In this document: positions 1-9,837 of the stretch, piece by piece | Layout: the number at the start of each line of letters is the position of its first letter | Position numbering within the stretch: position 1 is the first letter of the stretch | Assembly: GCA_963766075.1 (NCBI GenBank) | Contig: CAVYAN010000119.1 | Location: forward strand, 1 to 48,615 | Origin: an uncultured cyanobacterium | GTDB taxonomy: Bacteria > Cyanobacteriota > Cyanobacteriia > Leptolyngbyales > Leptolyngbyaceae | Direction of reading: 5' to 3' | Length of the DNA stretch: 48,615 nucleotides | Notes under the pieces: model-generated | Databases searched by the model: none | What the model was told of the DNA's origin: nothing | What the model saw: only the letters and a program-made list of their open reading frames with translations | Program-made: the position numbers and the translations under genes

Positions 1-1
1 G

Positions 2-157
2 AACCACATCTACGATGTTTGGGATCAATTCGACGCTAATGCATGGCCGCAACTGGAGGACGAGATCCGTAGAAATCACCAGGGATACAAGCAGAAGGCG
101 ATGCTGGAATGGCTGAAGCCCGGTCAAGATTTTAGAAGTTTCCTGCCACGTGAGTAA
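2..157 (+). CDS. 3' end of an unidentified protein (partial; ...NHIYDVWDQF...RSFLPRE*)
   Basis: Frame 2 is open from the window edge to TAA at 155-157; no recognisable motif. Confidence 0.5.
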   Translation, partial: NHIYDVWDQFDANAWPQLEDEIRRNHQGYKQKAMLEWLKPGQDFRSFLPRE

Positions 158-698
158 CCTACCGGCGGGACCAAATACGCTTGACAGGTGCGTTATATAT
201 ATAGTACACATACATGCATCGGGCTCGGAACCAGCCCGCGACGAGCCGCCGCTTTCTGGGCGGCTTTACTGTTTCTAAGGAGGATCACCAGGCCGACGAT
301 GGAACCGGCAATCGCCAGCGCGCAGGCCGCTCGAAATCTTTGGCCCATTCCTCCCCATTCCTCACCGCATGCCTAACAACGAGCGGGCCCTCTTTTCGCC
401 CGGCCTTCGCTTTCCCTTGACTTTCTGATAACTCTATGGTACACAATACCTTCGGCTGGAATTCCAGCCATGCAGTAGCAAGAAATGAATAGGAGAAACG
501 CGAGCCGCGGAAACGCGGCTTTTCGCTTTTTATGCGCTTTGGAGGATTCTAATCGCTTAGGATATGAATAATTAGAACTCGATGCAACGGAATACAAACA
601 AACAACGGGAGGTCGTTCTAATCGCTGATTCTTTCGATTTTTTGAGAAACTTTGCGATTTCGGACACTCGCCGCCAAATCAAACGCTTGCAGTCTCGT

Positions 699-1969
699 AC
701 GGTAGAAATTCGCATTCTGGAGGGCGGGGTCGAGGATATCCAAGTGACGGGTCTGCGACGGTTGCAGCCGCATTATGTGCGCAGTCGGCTAGCGATCGCC
801 AGCCGTGCTCCCCGAACCGCACCCGCCTGTTAGCGGCGCTGCAATTGCTGCAACTTAATCCACTGATTACTAATATTTCTGCTGAGTTATCCGCAGGCAC
901 CCGTCCGGGACAGAGTTTGCTGGATATTAAAGTGACGGAGGCTCCAACTTGGCAGACCGAGGTGACCTTGGATAATGGGCGATCGCCCAGTGTAGGGACA
1001 GTGCGCCGTCAACTGCAACTGGCTGAAGCCAATTTGCTCGGCCTGGGCGATGCCCTGCGGGCCACTTACACCAATACAACGGGGAGCAATGCCTTGGACC
1101 TTAGCTATACCTTGCCTGTAAATCCCCACAATGGCACGCTGAGTTTTAACTACGGCACCTCTTCCAGCACCGTCATTGAGGATCCTTTTGACGTATTAGA
1201 CATTCAATCTAGAGCGCACTATTACGAGTTGAGTCTGCGCCAACCCCTGATGCAAACGCCCACGCAGGAATTTGCCTTGGGCGTGACGCTCAGCCGACGA
1301 GCCAGTGGGGCGACTCTGTTGGGGGAGATTCCCTTTCCGGCGGCGGGGGCCGATGCGGATGGCAAAACGAGGCTGTCCGCTGTCCGCTTTTTTCAAGAGT
1401 GGACCCAGCGCAGCAGTAAGGCTGTGGTGGCGGTGCGATCGCAACTCAGCCTTGGCGTACATGCCCTAGACTCCACCCTCAACGAAGCCGCCCCTGACAG
1501 CCGTTTCCTGGCATGGCGCGGACAGGCTCAATGGGTGCGGCTCTTGGCAAAGGACACGCTGTTGCTGCTACGGGCTGACGCCCAGGTTGCCGATCGCCCC
1601 TTGTTACCCTTAGAACAGTTTGGCCTGGGAGGACAGGACAGTGGGCGCGGCTATCGCCAAGATGCCCTACTGGCAGACAATGGCGTCTTTGTTTCGGCAG
1701 AGGTGCGCCTGCCTATTTACCGAAACACGGAGTCCGCCACCCTACTGCAACTAACCCCCTTTGTTGATTTCGGCACTGCTTGGGACCGTTCTAGCCCATC
1801 AAGTTTGGCAACAAACACCCTAGCAGCGTTGGGACTCAGCTTACGATTTCAATGGGGCGATCGCTTAACCGCCCGCTGCGATTGGGGCATTCCCTTAATC
1901 GCGCTGGAATCGCGCGATCGTACCCTTCAGGAAAAGGGCATCTATTTCTCGATCAATTACCGATTCTAA
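699..1969 (+). CDS. ShlB/FhaC/HecB-family (TpsB/Omp85) outer-membrane secretion protein; 5'-truncated, with a 1-nt deletion near 813
   Basis: POTRA-like TVEIRILEGGVEDIQVTG in ORF 582..833 continues after a frame change as NRTRLLAALQLLQLNPL into ORF 845..1969; barrel loop GGQDSGRGY and C-terminal YRF. Confidence 0.85.
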
Positions 1970-1986
1970 TCTCGCTCACTTCAACT

Positions 1987-2031
1987 CCGTTCGCTTCGAC
2001 TCTGCTCAGCGAACGGAGTCGAAGCGAACGG
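1987..2031. repeat. REP-like palindrome / possible terminator after shlB
   Basis: Perfect 16-bp stem CCGTTCGCTTCGACTC / GAGTCGAAGCGAACGG with a 13-nt loop. Confidence 0.7.
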
Positions 2032-2210
2032 TTGATTGTGTGGTCAGTATATTGTCAGGCAATAGACTGAGTGTCTAAAAATATTGGCAATATTAGCTGA
2101 CTATCCTGTAAACCGTCTCCTAAATACGGTATGGATGTTTCACTCTGGACAATTTGCCCTGGGGAGACTCTTGTATCCTGAGGGTTTGTTCCTTATGTAG
2201 GAGAGAGTCG

Positions 2211-2582
2211 ATGTCGCATCTGTTGCTTCAATTGTTGCTGATTGGGTTGGTGGCGGGGGTGGCAGGGGGCATGTTTGGGATCGGCGGCGGGGCGATCATG
2301 GTCCCGGCGATGGTATTGCTGCTGGGCATGGAGCAGAAGTTTGCCACAGGGACCTCCATTGCCGCCCAAATCTTTCCCATTGGAATTTTGGGAGCGCTGG
2401 TGTATTACCGCAATGGCAATATGAACATCAAACATGCAGCCTTAATTGCGCTGGGGCTAGTCCTAGGCAATTTAATCGGTGCAAAGTTCGCGAACCAACC
2501 GTTTATCAGTGGTGAAACCATGAAAAAACTCTACGGCCTTTTCCTATTGGCCATTGGCTTTCGGTACTTGTTTTACCGCTAA
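2211..2582 (+). CDS. Sulfite exporter TauE/SafE (TSUP) family, half-size protein
   Basis: GLVAGVAGGMFGIGGGAIMVP and ATGTS motifs; GGAGA upstream of ATG 2211. Confidence 0.85.
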   Translation: MSHLLLQLLLIGLVAGVAGGMFGIGGGAIMVPAMVLLLGMEQKFATGTSIAAQIFPIGILGALVYYRNGNMNIKHAALIALGLVLGNLIGAKFANQPFISGETMKKLYGLFLLAIGFRYLFYR

Positions 2583-2677
2583 AGGCTTCAGATCTGCGAT
2601 TTCTGAGAGAAGTCGCAGATCTGGAGAAGCCGCAGATCTGGAATCCTGGTCACCGCCAACCGCTCAACCCACAACAC

Positions 2678-3889
2678 CTACAACACCCGCGATCGCGGCG
2701 CAAAGGAAATACAGCTTCCCGCCAGAACAAAGGCGATCGCGCCTATGCAAGCCGCGCCACCCGAGGGAATCGTGCCCCAATACTGAGTCGCCGAACCTAC
2801 CAATGTTCCCGCCAGTGCGCCACCGCTGAAAAACATGCCCGTCCCCAACCCCGCTTGCGTTGAGGGCACTAGGGATAATGCAAAGGGCAGCATGCCATTA
2901 GCCAAGAGACTAAAGGCAGCCCCACACAGGATTGTCAGTCCAATAGCCAAGAGGCTACCCGCCGTTAGCGGAAAGATCAAAATTGCCAGGGCGATCGCCC
3001 CCAACCCCACCTGCATCGCCAGAATATTTCCCCAGCGCACCGCCAAAGCCCCCGCCGGTAAAACAGTCAGAATATGCACCGCGAGAAAAATAATCCCGAG
3101 CGAGACACCCGGTGCATTAGCCGCGTTCCCCAGCAGCGATCGCAGGAGCGCACTGCCCAAGGCAATCCCTAGGCCAGCGCCAAAGATGAGGCTTAACTGG
3201 GGCAAAGACGCTACTGGACGCTTTAATTGGGTGGTCGTAGCACTCAGACTAATGCGTACCTCTGGGTTTAATTGTTGTAGGGCGATCGCCGTGCCAATCA
3301 GGACTGCTGAACCCAGGGCAAAGGCAGCCAAGGGCCCCCAACTGAGGATTGTGCTTTGGGCCACTCCTCCAGCTAACCCCACCAGTGCACTGCTCATGGA
3401 GAGCCAACTGGCCGCCTGGGGCAATTTAGTGGCAAAGGCATAGTTACCCAGCAGAGACAGCGCTGGACTGCGAAAAATGGTCATTGCCAAGGCCCAAAGA
3501 ACCATGATGATCAGCAAAACCCAACGCAGCGCCGACTGAGGATTCCCCGCCAATTGCCCCCAAAGGGCGATCGCTGGAATCCCCAGAAATAAACCACCTG
3601 CCACTAATACACCCACAGCAATCATGGGAAACCGAGCCCCCACCCACTCCTGGAGGCGATCGGACAAACCTCCCATCAACGGTTCCATGGCCATCGCCAG
3701 GATATTTTCCACCACCAGCAAAGTCGTCCCCCACGCCAAGGGGAAACCAAACTGGGCCAATAACTGCGGTACGTAAAGGTTATAAATCACCCACGCTAAG
3801 GAAATTGCGCCTTGCAAAGCGGCTAGCCCTCCCACTTTCGCCCATAAAATCGCTTGCCGCTGTCCCGGTCGCCATAGACGTGTGCTCAT
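2678..3889 (-). CDS. MFS transporter
   Basis: 403 aa, many hydrophobic helices, MFS motif A-like EPLMGGLSDR. Confidence 0.8.
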   Translation of the reverse strand: MSTRLWRPGQRQAILWAKVGGLAALQGAISLAWVIYNLYVPQLLAQFGFPLAWGTTLLVVENILAMAMEPLMGGLSDRLQEWVGARFPMIAVGVLVAGGLFLGIPAIALWGQLAGNPQSALRWVLLIIMVLWALAMTIFRSPALSLLGNYAFATKLPQAASWLSMSSALVGLAGGVAQSTILSWGPLAAFALGSAVLIGTAIALQQLNPEVRISLSATTTQLKRPVASLPQLSLIFGAGLGIALGSALLRSLLGNAANAPGVSLGIIFLAVHILTVLPAGALAVRWGNILAMQVGLGAIALAILIFPLTAGSLLAIGLTILCGAAFSLLANGMLPFALSLVPSTQAGLGTGMFFSGGALAGTLVGSATQYWGTIPSGGAACIGAIAFVLAGSCISFAPRSRVL

Positions 3890-4149
3890 TGAGGGTTCTC
3901 CGTTAATCAGGGGCCGTTTGTTAAGGGCCGTTCGTAAGGGACTGTAAGTGAGGGGCTGTGAGTTAGAGGGATTGAATTTAACGGCATTGCCGCATTTCCC
4001 CAGATTTTATGCCAGGTGTCGCCTACTGCATAGGGCACACTCGCCAAGGGCTGGCAATATTGGCGGCGTTCCGGGCGGCGCTGCCTGACTTAATGCCTAC
4101 TTGACTTAATGCCTACTTGACTTGATGTTCCAGTAAGGCAACACAGAGT

Positions 4150-5100
4150 CTAGTAGGGCAACACTACTCGCTGGCGAATAATCACATCGACTGGACTATC
4201 CACGGGACGCAATAGTGTAGACAGATCCTCAATGCGATCCCTCGAATCCGGAGCAGTAGAATTGGGGGGAGAAGGGGAAGTGGCTTCTGGCGTGACCTCG
4301 GCTAATGGAGCATTGTCTGTCTGGATAGATAAATTTAACCCGGTCTGCGCTACATGAGACAAAAAGGTACTGACAGGGATGGCATAGCTAGAACCTGTTG
4401 GATTTAACGCAGCAATTTTCTGGGTGGTCTCTGGGGTCCAGCCTAGGGTTGTGCGAATTGGCGGACTGGCATCGCCCCCGTGAATGCCCACGAGCCGCCC
4501 ATGGCCATCAAGCAAAGGGGCACCCACCATGTCGGCATAGGCCGGATTCGTATAGGTGACCTGGTAACCCACACCTGCGTGCGGCCAAATTCCCGATACA
4601 CGACCAAACTGACGGACAACTTCGCCGGGATGGGTTGTTTTTGTCCAGCCGGAGAAGAATAAGGGCTTCCCAGGAGCCAGGGGGATAGCATCAGCCAGAA
4701 TTGCTAAGGGGTAGGAGCGATCGCTCGTAAAGGGAACCAGCACCAAACCCGGATTAGCCCCATTCTGGTCCCTGTTCTGGCCCGCTTTCTGGTCCTCCTT
4801 CTGGCCCAAGTAACGCACTTGATGAACGTCCACGGTATGAACTTGGCGATCCGGCGTGATCAATTGATAGACCGCATCATTACGCAGCGGATGTGCGGCA
4901 GTGAGGACGTAGTAGGTTTTGTCAGCCTTAGCCACCAATACACCAGAGCTTTGCTGATCGGGACTAACAATCAAGACAGTAATTTCCCGTGCCACCTCAT
5001 TGGCCACTGCTGAACTGTTCGCCGAGGGCATGGGAGGCATGACGGAAAGCACACTGGCGATCGCCCAGGGAAAAATCGCCGACCAGCTCGTGTACATCAT
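4150..5100 (-). CDS. Secreted trypsin-like (S1/HtrA-type) protein, apparently catalytically degenerate
   Basis: Signal-like N-terminus; SSGVLV, VLTAAH and GAPLLDGHGRLVGIHG motifs; catalytic Asp and Ser positions substituted. Confidence 0.75.
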   Translation of the reverse strand: MMYTSWSAIFPWAIASVLSVMPPMPSANSSAVANEVAREITVLIVSPDQQSSGVLVAKADKTYYVLTAAHPLRNDAVYQLITPDRQVHTVDVHQVRYLGQKEDQKAGQNRDQNGANPGLVLVPFTSDRSYPLAILADAIPLAPGKPLFFSGWTKTTHPGEVVRQFGRVSGIWPHAGVGYQVTYTNPAYADMVGAPLLDGHGRLVGIHGGDASPPIRTTLGWTPETTQKIAALNPTGSSYAIPVSTFLSHVAQTGLNLSIQTDNAPLAEVTPEATSPSPPNSTAPDSRDRIEDLSTLLRPVDSPVDVIIRQRVVLPY

Positions 5101-5482
5101 TCTGACAACCGCTCCAAAACCAAACGAGTCGCATTCATAGCCTGTCCATTAAACTCAGGAGATTTTTTGTCCGCGTGCTGAGCGTAGTGAAATCTTCAGT
5201 GAAATCTTCACGGATCTTTCCAGCAGCCTTCTTAACTTTATTCAGGGGGAGTTCCACTCTATCCGCCAGGATTTCGAGAATAGAAATTCTGGGAATAAAC
5301 TTGCTTTCTCCCATCAGAAATTTACACAGACTTTACGGAATCGAGGATGGCCGAGCCAAGCCCTGCCCGTCTCCTAAAAATCCTCCGCAAATTATTCTGA
5401 CTCGATCGCCCTAAAAAAGTACATTTGTGCTACTTTAATAAGTACTTTTGTACTATGTCACAATTATTTTGGACATCAAGCC

Positions 5483-6667
5483 ATGAAAGAGTCGCAATCC
5501 CCCGCCCCTCAGCTTTCCCCCATAATGCCCCCAAACCCTATTCTGGGCCCTACTCCCAGAACACAACCCAAGACAACTATCAAGGCCGGTGCCAAAACGA
5601 ACGCTAAGACGAATCCTAAAACCATGGCCAAAACCATGGCTCAGAATATTGCGATTGTGGCGACGGAAAGTGCTGCTGGAATGCCGTCATCCGGAGAGGA
5701 TGGCACGGCTGTTACTGCCACGGTGTCCCAGCATGCCGCTCAGTCTGGAGCTGAGCCTTCTGGGGCCGACCGTTCAGTCTCAGCCACGCGTGCCCACAAG
5801 ACGGCTAAGTCAAAATCGCCGATGCCGCCCGTGTCCTTTCGCCAAGTTTGGGCGGCACAGCAGCAAAAAAAGCATCTGCAAATCCAGGTTGAACAATTTA
5901 ATCAGCAATATACGCCACCGTCGCTGAATCCTGGAGGTTTGGAAGATGGAGCAGGGCGATCGCCTCAGCCTGCGATTCCGTCAAAGCCCGCTGTCGCCTC
6001 AAAGTCTACGGTTTCTGCGACACCATCGACTTCGCCTGAGCCCTATGCCGATCCGTGGTCTGCCCCCGATGCGCGTGCTGGAGCTCCTTCTGCGGCTCCC
6101 TCTATCCCTGCTCCCATGGCTTCAGAAGATGCCATGGCCGCTTGGGAAAACGCCCAAGCCCTACGCACGCTCTCGGGACGACAGGCTGCCCGGACTCAAA
6201 TCGCTTCCCCAATGGCCGGGACAGTGGCATTTGCGCCCGGTGGCGCTCCTAGCCCCAGTTCTCCGCCATCGTCTCCGGGCCGGATGCGCCGCAGGCGTCC
6301 GCGCACCTTAAAGTCTTGGCTACGCGCGGCCCTACGCGGAGGGATTGGCCTACTGCATCAAGGCACCCAACGGCTGCACAGGACCCTATCGGGACAGAGC
6401 CAACTCCAACCGGGACAGGGCCAGAACAATCATCAGAACAATCAATGGTGGGACGCGGCATTGTGGGTAGGGGGTGCGGCGTTGGTGCGGTGGGGTAGCC
6501 AACTGCTCTTGGTGGCCATGCCTGGATTTGCGCCGATACTGGCGGGGGGGATGGTGCTAAGCACGATCGCCGTTATGTATTGGGCATGGCAGTCGCAAAA
6601 TGGTTCAGCGATCCTGTACCGCTTGTTCCTGCTGCTGCTAGGTTTTTGGCTGGGCGGACGATTTTAG
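5483..6667 (+). CDS. Hypothetical membrane protein with long Pro/Ala/Ser-rich region and C-terminal TM helices
   Basis: 394-aa ORF with hydrophobic C-terminal ~70 aa. Confidence 0.7.
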   Translation: MKESQSPAPQLSPIMPPNPILGPTPRTQPKTTIKAGAKTNAKTNPKTMAKTMAQNIAIVATESAAGMPSSGEDGTAVTATVSQHAAQSGAEPSGADRSVSATRAHKTAKSKSPMPPVSFRQVWAAQQQKKHLQIQVEQFNQQYTPPSLNPGGLEDGAGRSPQPAIPSKPAVASKSTVSATPSTSPEPYADPWSAPDARAGAPSAAPSIPAPMASEDAMAAWENAQALRTLSGRQAARTQIASPMAGTVAFAPGGAPSPSSPPSSPGRMRRRRPRTLKSWLRAALRGGIGLLHQGTQRLHRTLSGQSQLQPGQGQNNHQNNQWWDAALWVGGAALVRWGSQLLLVAMPGFAPILAGGMVLSTIAVMYWAWQSQNGSAILYRLFLLLLGFWLGGRF

Positions 6668-6741
6668 GTACAAGGGTGTTAGAGACGGTTTAAGGACCCA
6701 CGGTTTTGAACTATTTGCGGCGATCGCACAGGAGAACTTGG

Positions 6742-7137
6742 ATGTATCCTTCTCAACTCAATCTGGCTAAACCTTTAATGGCAGGTGGATCTGCCCTGTT
6801 AGCCTTAACGCTTTTATTGGATTTGAATGGATTGTCTCTCGCGGCCTTGGGAGGCAAGAAATCGGCTAGAGAAGCCTGCCAAACCCTGGTGCAAGCGGAT
6901 GTGAAAATCTCGCGCCAGCAACTGGCGAAACTGCTCGCCCTCATGGAAGGCAGCAAAAAACAACAGGTTCGCGACATTCTGAAACAGCCCTACTGCCAAC
7001 TGGCTAGTCTGCAAGTTCGTACAGGGGCAACATCACAGCGGGATGTGTACCCCTTGGATTTTGAATCCCAAACTCGATTGGTTATTTTGTATGAGGGCGA
7101 AGAATATGCGGGATACCGTTTTGATCTCCAGCCCTAG
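6742..7137 (+). CDS. Hypothetical exported or membrane-anchored protein, possibly SmpA/BamE-like fold
   Basis: AGGAG at 6730-6734 before ATG 6742; N-terminal hydrophobic segment; two Cys; KQQVRDILKQP motif. Confidence 0.7.
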   Translation: MYPSQLNLAKPLMAGGSALLALTLLLDLNGLSLAALGGKKSAREACQTLVQADVKISRQQLAKLLALMEGSKKQQVRDILKQPYCQLASLQVRTGATSQRDVYPLDFESQTRLVILYEGEEYAGYRFDLQP

Positions 7138-7606
7138 CCGTGTCGTTTTGGGAGGAATCGGACTGGTGCTGATGGCGTTGCTTGGCGGCTGTGCGTCTAC
7201 GTTGAACTCCGCATTGAATTCTGCCCTCAATCCAGAACCGCCTTTAGAGCTCCAGTTATACCAGCGCTGGGAATTGCAACCCGGCGATACTCTGAGTGGC
7301 TATGCCGTGCTGGGGGGATTGGGCGACATTACGTTGGCCCTGAACGGTCAACCAATTTATGCTCCCTTTGATGGCAAAACCCAATGGGATACCCGTCGGT
7401 GCATTATTTTTTCGACGCCGGAAGTTCCTGCCTATCTATTTCGCTTGTGTGGATTAAATCAGCCTAAATTGGGCGCGATCGCCCAGGGTGAGCCCTTAGG
7501 TACCGCCACAATCCTGGAATTTGCGGCCCTGCGCAAACAATCGAACAATCAGTGGGCCATGGTGGAGCCGAGCAAAACTATCCTCCAACGCACCCTGACC
7601 CGTTGA
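7121..7606 (+). CDS. Hypothetical lipoprotein with degenerate M23/LytM-like domain (start uncertain; TTG 7121 or ATG 7106)
   Basis: Hydrophobic stretch ending in lipobox LGGC; GQPIYAPFDG and GAIAQGEPLG motifs; overlaps the upstream stop. Confidence 0.65.
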   Translation: MISSPSRVVLGGIGLVLMALLGGCASTLNSALNSALNPEPPLELQLYQRWELQPGDTLSGYAVLGGLGDITLALNGQPIYAPFDGKTQWDTRRCIIFSTPEVPAYLFRLCGLNQPKLGAIAQGEPLGTATILEFAALRKQSNNQWAMVEPSKTILQRTLTR

Positions 7607-7613
7607 TCATCCA

Positions 7614-8714
7614 GTGATGGATCCGTTGCTCGCCGCTTTATTTCAATTTTCCACTCCTTTGACGTTTTCCTGGCTCAGAACAGCATCTATGAAAGCGCTA
7701 CATAACTCCCTGTTCAATTCTTTACCGAAGTCTTTTTTCCTCTCTTCGCCAAAACCATTGCGACGCCTTTTGCCGGGGATAGTGGCCAGTTTGGTGATGC
7801 TGAATTTTTGGGATGGACAGCCTGCGCGATCGCAAACTACCGTCTTAGATTTTGCTCCCCCGGATGCGGTCAGCAGGGATGGGACTGATCCTGGTGGCGT
7901 TAATGTTGATGGCGCTAGTGTCGGCGATGGTCTTGGCAATGGTATTCATACCAATGGGCCAGATGCCAGAGCTACGGCTGCCGTTACCTTTATGCCCCCT
8001 GACCGCGCCCCTGGGCGATCGACGCCTGCCCAAGTTGTCCCCCCCCCAGGCTCAGTAGCGCGTTCTCCCCGTTCCAGTCGCCGTCCTGTGGTCACTTATG
8101 TGCCTACAGCGCGCCAAGTTGCGCTCTTTGCCGGGGGTGCAAATTCCCGTGTATCCCGAGCGGTGGGGCATGCCGAAGGGACCCGCACAGTCGATGGAAA
8201 CAAAACCAGTGCCTACAGAGGGCATGTTGATCCCGGCAATGGGGTTTGGAACTTGGGTAGCTTTTCCTTCCAGCACTGTAAAGAAGCGGCCTATCAATGC
8301 TCTACCCCCGAAGAAGCCGATGTGTATCAACTGCGCCGCCTTCAGGAGCAGTCTCGTGTGCTGCTGAGCCAAGCCGATCAATTGGGGCTGCGATTAACCC
8401 TGGTGGAGCATGTGAATGGCATCGATTTAGCCAATCAAGCGCCGTTAGCCGCTCTCGGGACTCCTGGCTATGTTGCGCTGCTCCGAGCTGCCCAATCCCA
8501 GGGGTTTCGTGGTAGTGACGCCATCCTGTGGGCGCGCACCCATGCCTACTGGAATCCCCAGGCCCAGCGTTGGGATGCTCCGGGCCTGGGTAATACGGAG
8601 GACAACATTCGCTATGACCAAAATCGTCGCATGATGGCGATCGCCGCGGCCTTGAAATTCTATGATTTGCAGGAAAATTCGGACGGGCAGATTGCCATGA
8701 ACAGTGGGGGCTAA
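7614..8714 (+). CDS. Hypothetical secreted protein with possible lysozyme-like C-terminal domain (start uncertain)
   Basis: Signal-like RRLLPGIVASLVML..ARS, low-complexity linker, then AVGHAEG...HVDPGNGVWNLG. Confidence 0.7.
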   Translation: MMDPLLAALFQFSTPLTFSWLRTASMKALHNSLFNSLPKSFFLSSPKPLRRLLPGIVASLVMLNFWDGQPARSQTTVLDFAPPDAVSRDGTDPGGVNVDGASVGDGLGNGIHTNGPDARATAAVTFMPPDRAPGRSTPAQVVPPPGSVARSPRSSRRPVVTYVPTARQVALFAGGANSRVSRAVGHAEGTRTVDGNKTSAYRGHVDPGNGVWNLGSFSFQHCKEAAYQCSTPEEADVYQLRRLQEQSRVLLSQADQLGLRLTLVEHVNGIDLANQAPLAALGTPGYVALLRAAQSQGFRGSDAILWARTHAYWNPQAQRWDAPGLGNTEDNIRYDQNRRMMAIAAALKFYDLQENSDGQIAMNSGG

Positions 8715-8770
8715 AATAATAGCTCTGATTTTTCTTGCCCAAGCTTGCCCTAACGAAGGAACCTGAACCT

Positions 8771-9544
8771 ATGGATGTCATCCCTGCCATCGATCTCTTG
8801 GACGGACGCTGTGTGCGCCTCTATCAAGGTGACTATGCCCAGGCTGAAACCTTTGATGAGAGTCCCGTTGCCGTCGCACGGCAGTGGGCCGAGGCAGGAG
8901 CGGCCCTGCTCCATGTCGTGGATTTAGACGGGGCCAAGGCAGGGAATCCGGTGAATTTAGCTGCCATTGAGGCGATCGTCCGCGCTGTCAATGTGCCCGT
9001 GCAGGTGGGGGGTGGACTCCGCGATCGCGCCAGTGTCGCGCGCTTGCTCGACCTGGGAGTGCAACGCTGTATCCTAGGCACCGTCGCTGTTGAGCAGCCC
9101 ACATTAGTTCAGCAATTGTGCGAGGAATTTCTGGGACATATTGTTGTGGGGATTGATGCCCGCAATGGTCAGGTGGCGACTCGGGGCTGGCTGGAAACTT
9201 CGACTGTCATGGCTGTAGATTTAGCCCAGCACATGGCGGCTCTGGGTGTAGCGGCCATTATTTATACGGACATTCATCGCGATGGCACCCTGCAAGGCCC
9301 CAATCTAGAGGCGCTGCGGGAACTGGCTAGTCAGGTCGAAGTGCCCATCATTGCCTCGGGGGGCGTGAGCTCTATTACCGATTTATTGAATCTATTGGCC
9401 TTAGAACCCGCGGGGGTTAGCGGGGTGATTGTGGGTCGGGCGTTATACACAGGGGATGTGTCGTTGTCTGAAGCCCTGCGCGCAGTTGGTCCAGGTCGTT
9501 GGCAAGATGTACCCCCAGAATTTGGATCGTCGGCATTGGCGTAG
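8771..9544 (+). CDS. hisA: ProFAR isomerase (histidine biosynthesis)
   Basis: [41 protein letters not shown] and IASGG motifs. Confidence 0.97.
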   Translation: MDVIPAIDLLDGRCVRLYQGDYAQAETFDESPVAVARQWAEAGAALLHVVDLDGAKAGNPVNLAAIEAIVRAVNVPVQVGGGLRDRASVARLLDLGVQRCILGTVAVEQPTLVQQLCEEFLGHIVVGIDARNGQVATRGWLETSTVMAVDLAQHMAALGVAAIIYTDIHRDGTLQGPNLEALRELASQVEVPIIASGGVSSITDLLNLLALEPAGVSGVIVGRALYTGDVSLSEALRAVGPGRWQDVPPEFGSSALA

Positions 9545-9837
9545 GGCTTGCTGGTGATCGCGATCGCTAGCACCACTCGCCTATTGGTAAGGAGCCTTTG
9601 AGCACCGCCGTATTTCTACGGGAAAAGTACCCTATCCCACCGACATTTCCGTGGTTCTGCCGAGTTGGGATGACAGAGGAAAAGTGAATAACAAGTACGC
9701 GGTGGTCTAACGTTCTCCTTCAGTGTTCGAGAACTTGATGGATCAGCGATACCGCCCACAGATTGGCGGTTGTTGTTGGGCGTACCCCAGATTTCACAGT
9801 CCTCTTATGTCATTCCTCCTAAATCGGATCTCAAACC

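Noticed and set aside
594..612. ACAAACAAACAACGGGAGG resembles part of a PacBio hairpin adapter near the left junction
   Set aside because: It needs several indels, the flanking adapter arms are missing, and GGAGG..TTCTAATCGCT is also present at 541-557 as a local duplication
655..680. CACTCGCCGCCA as a possible tRNA 3' end or att site
   Set aside because: No T-arm or cloverleaf and no matching copy at the right junction; the sequence fits garbled shlB coding sequence just as well
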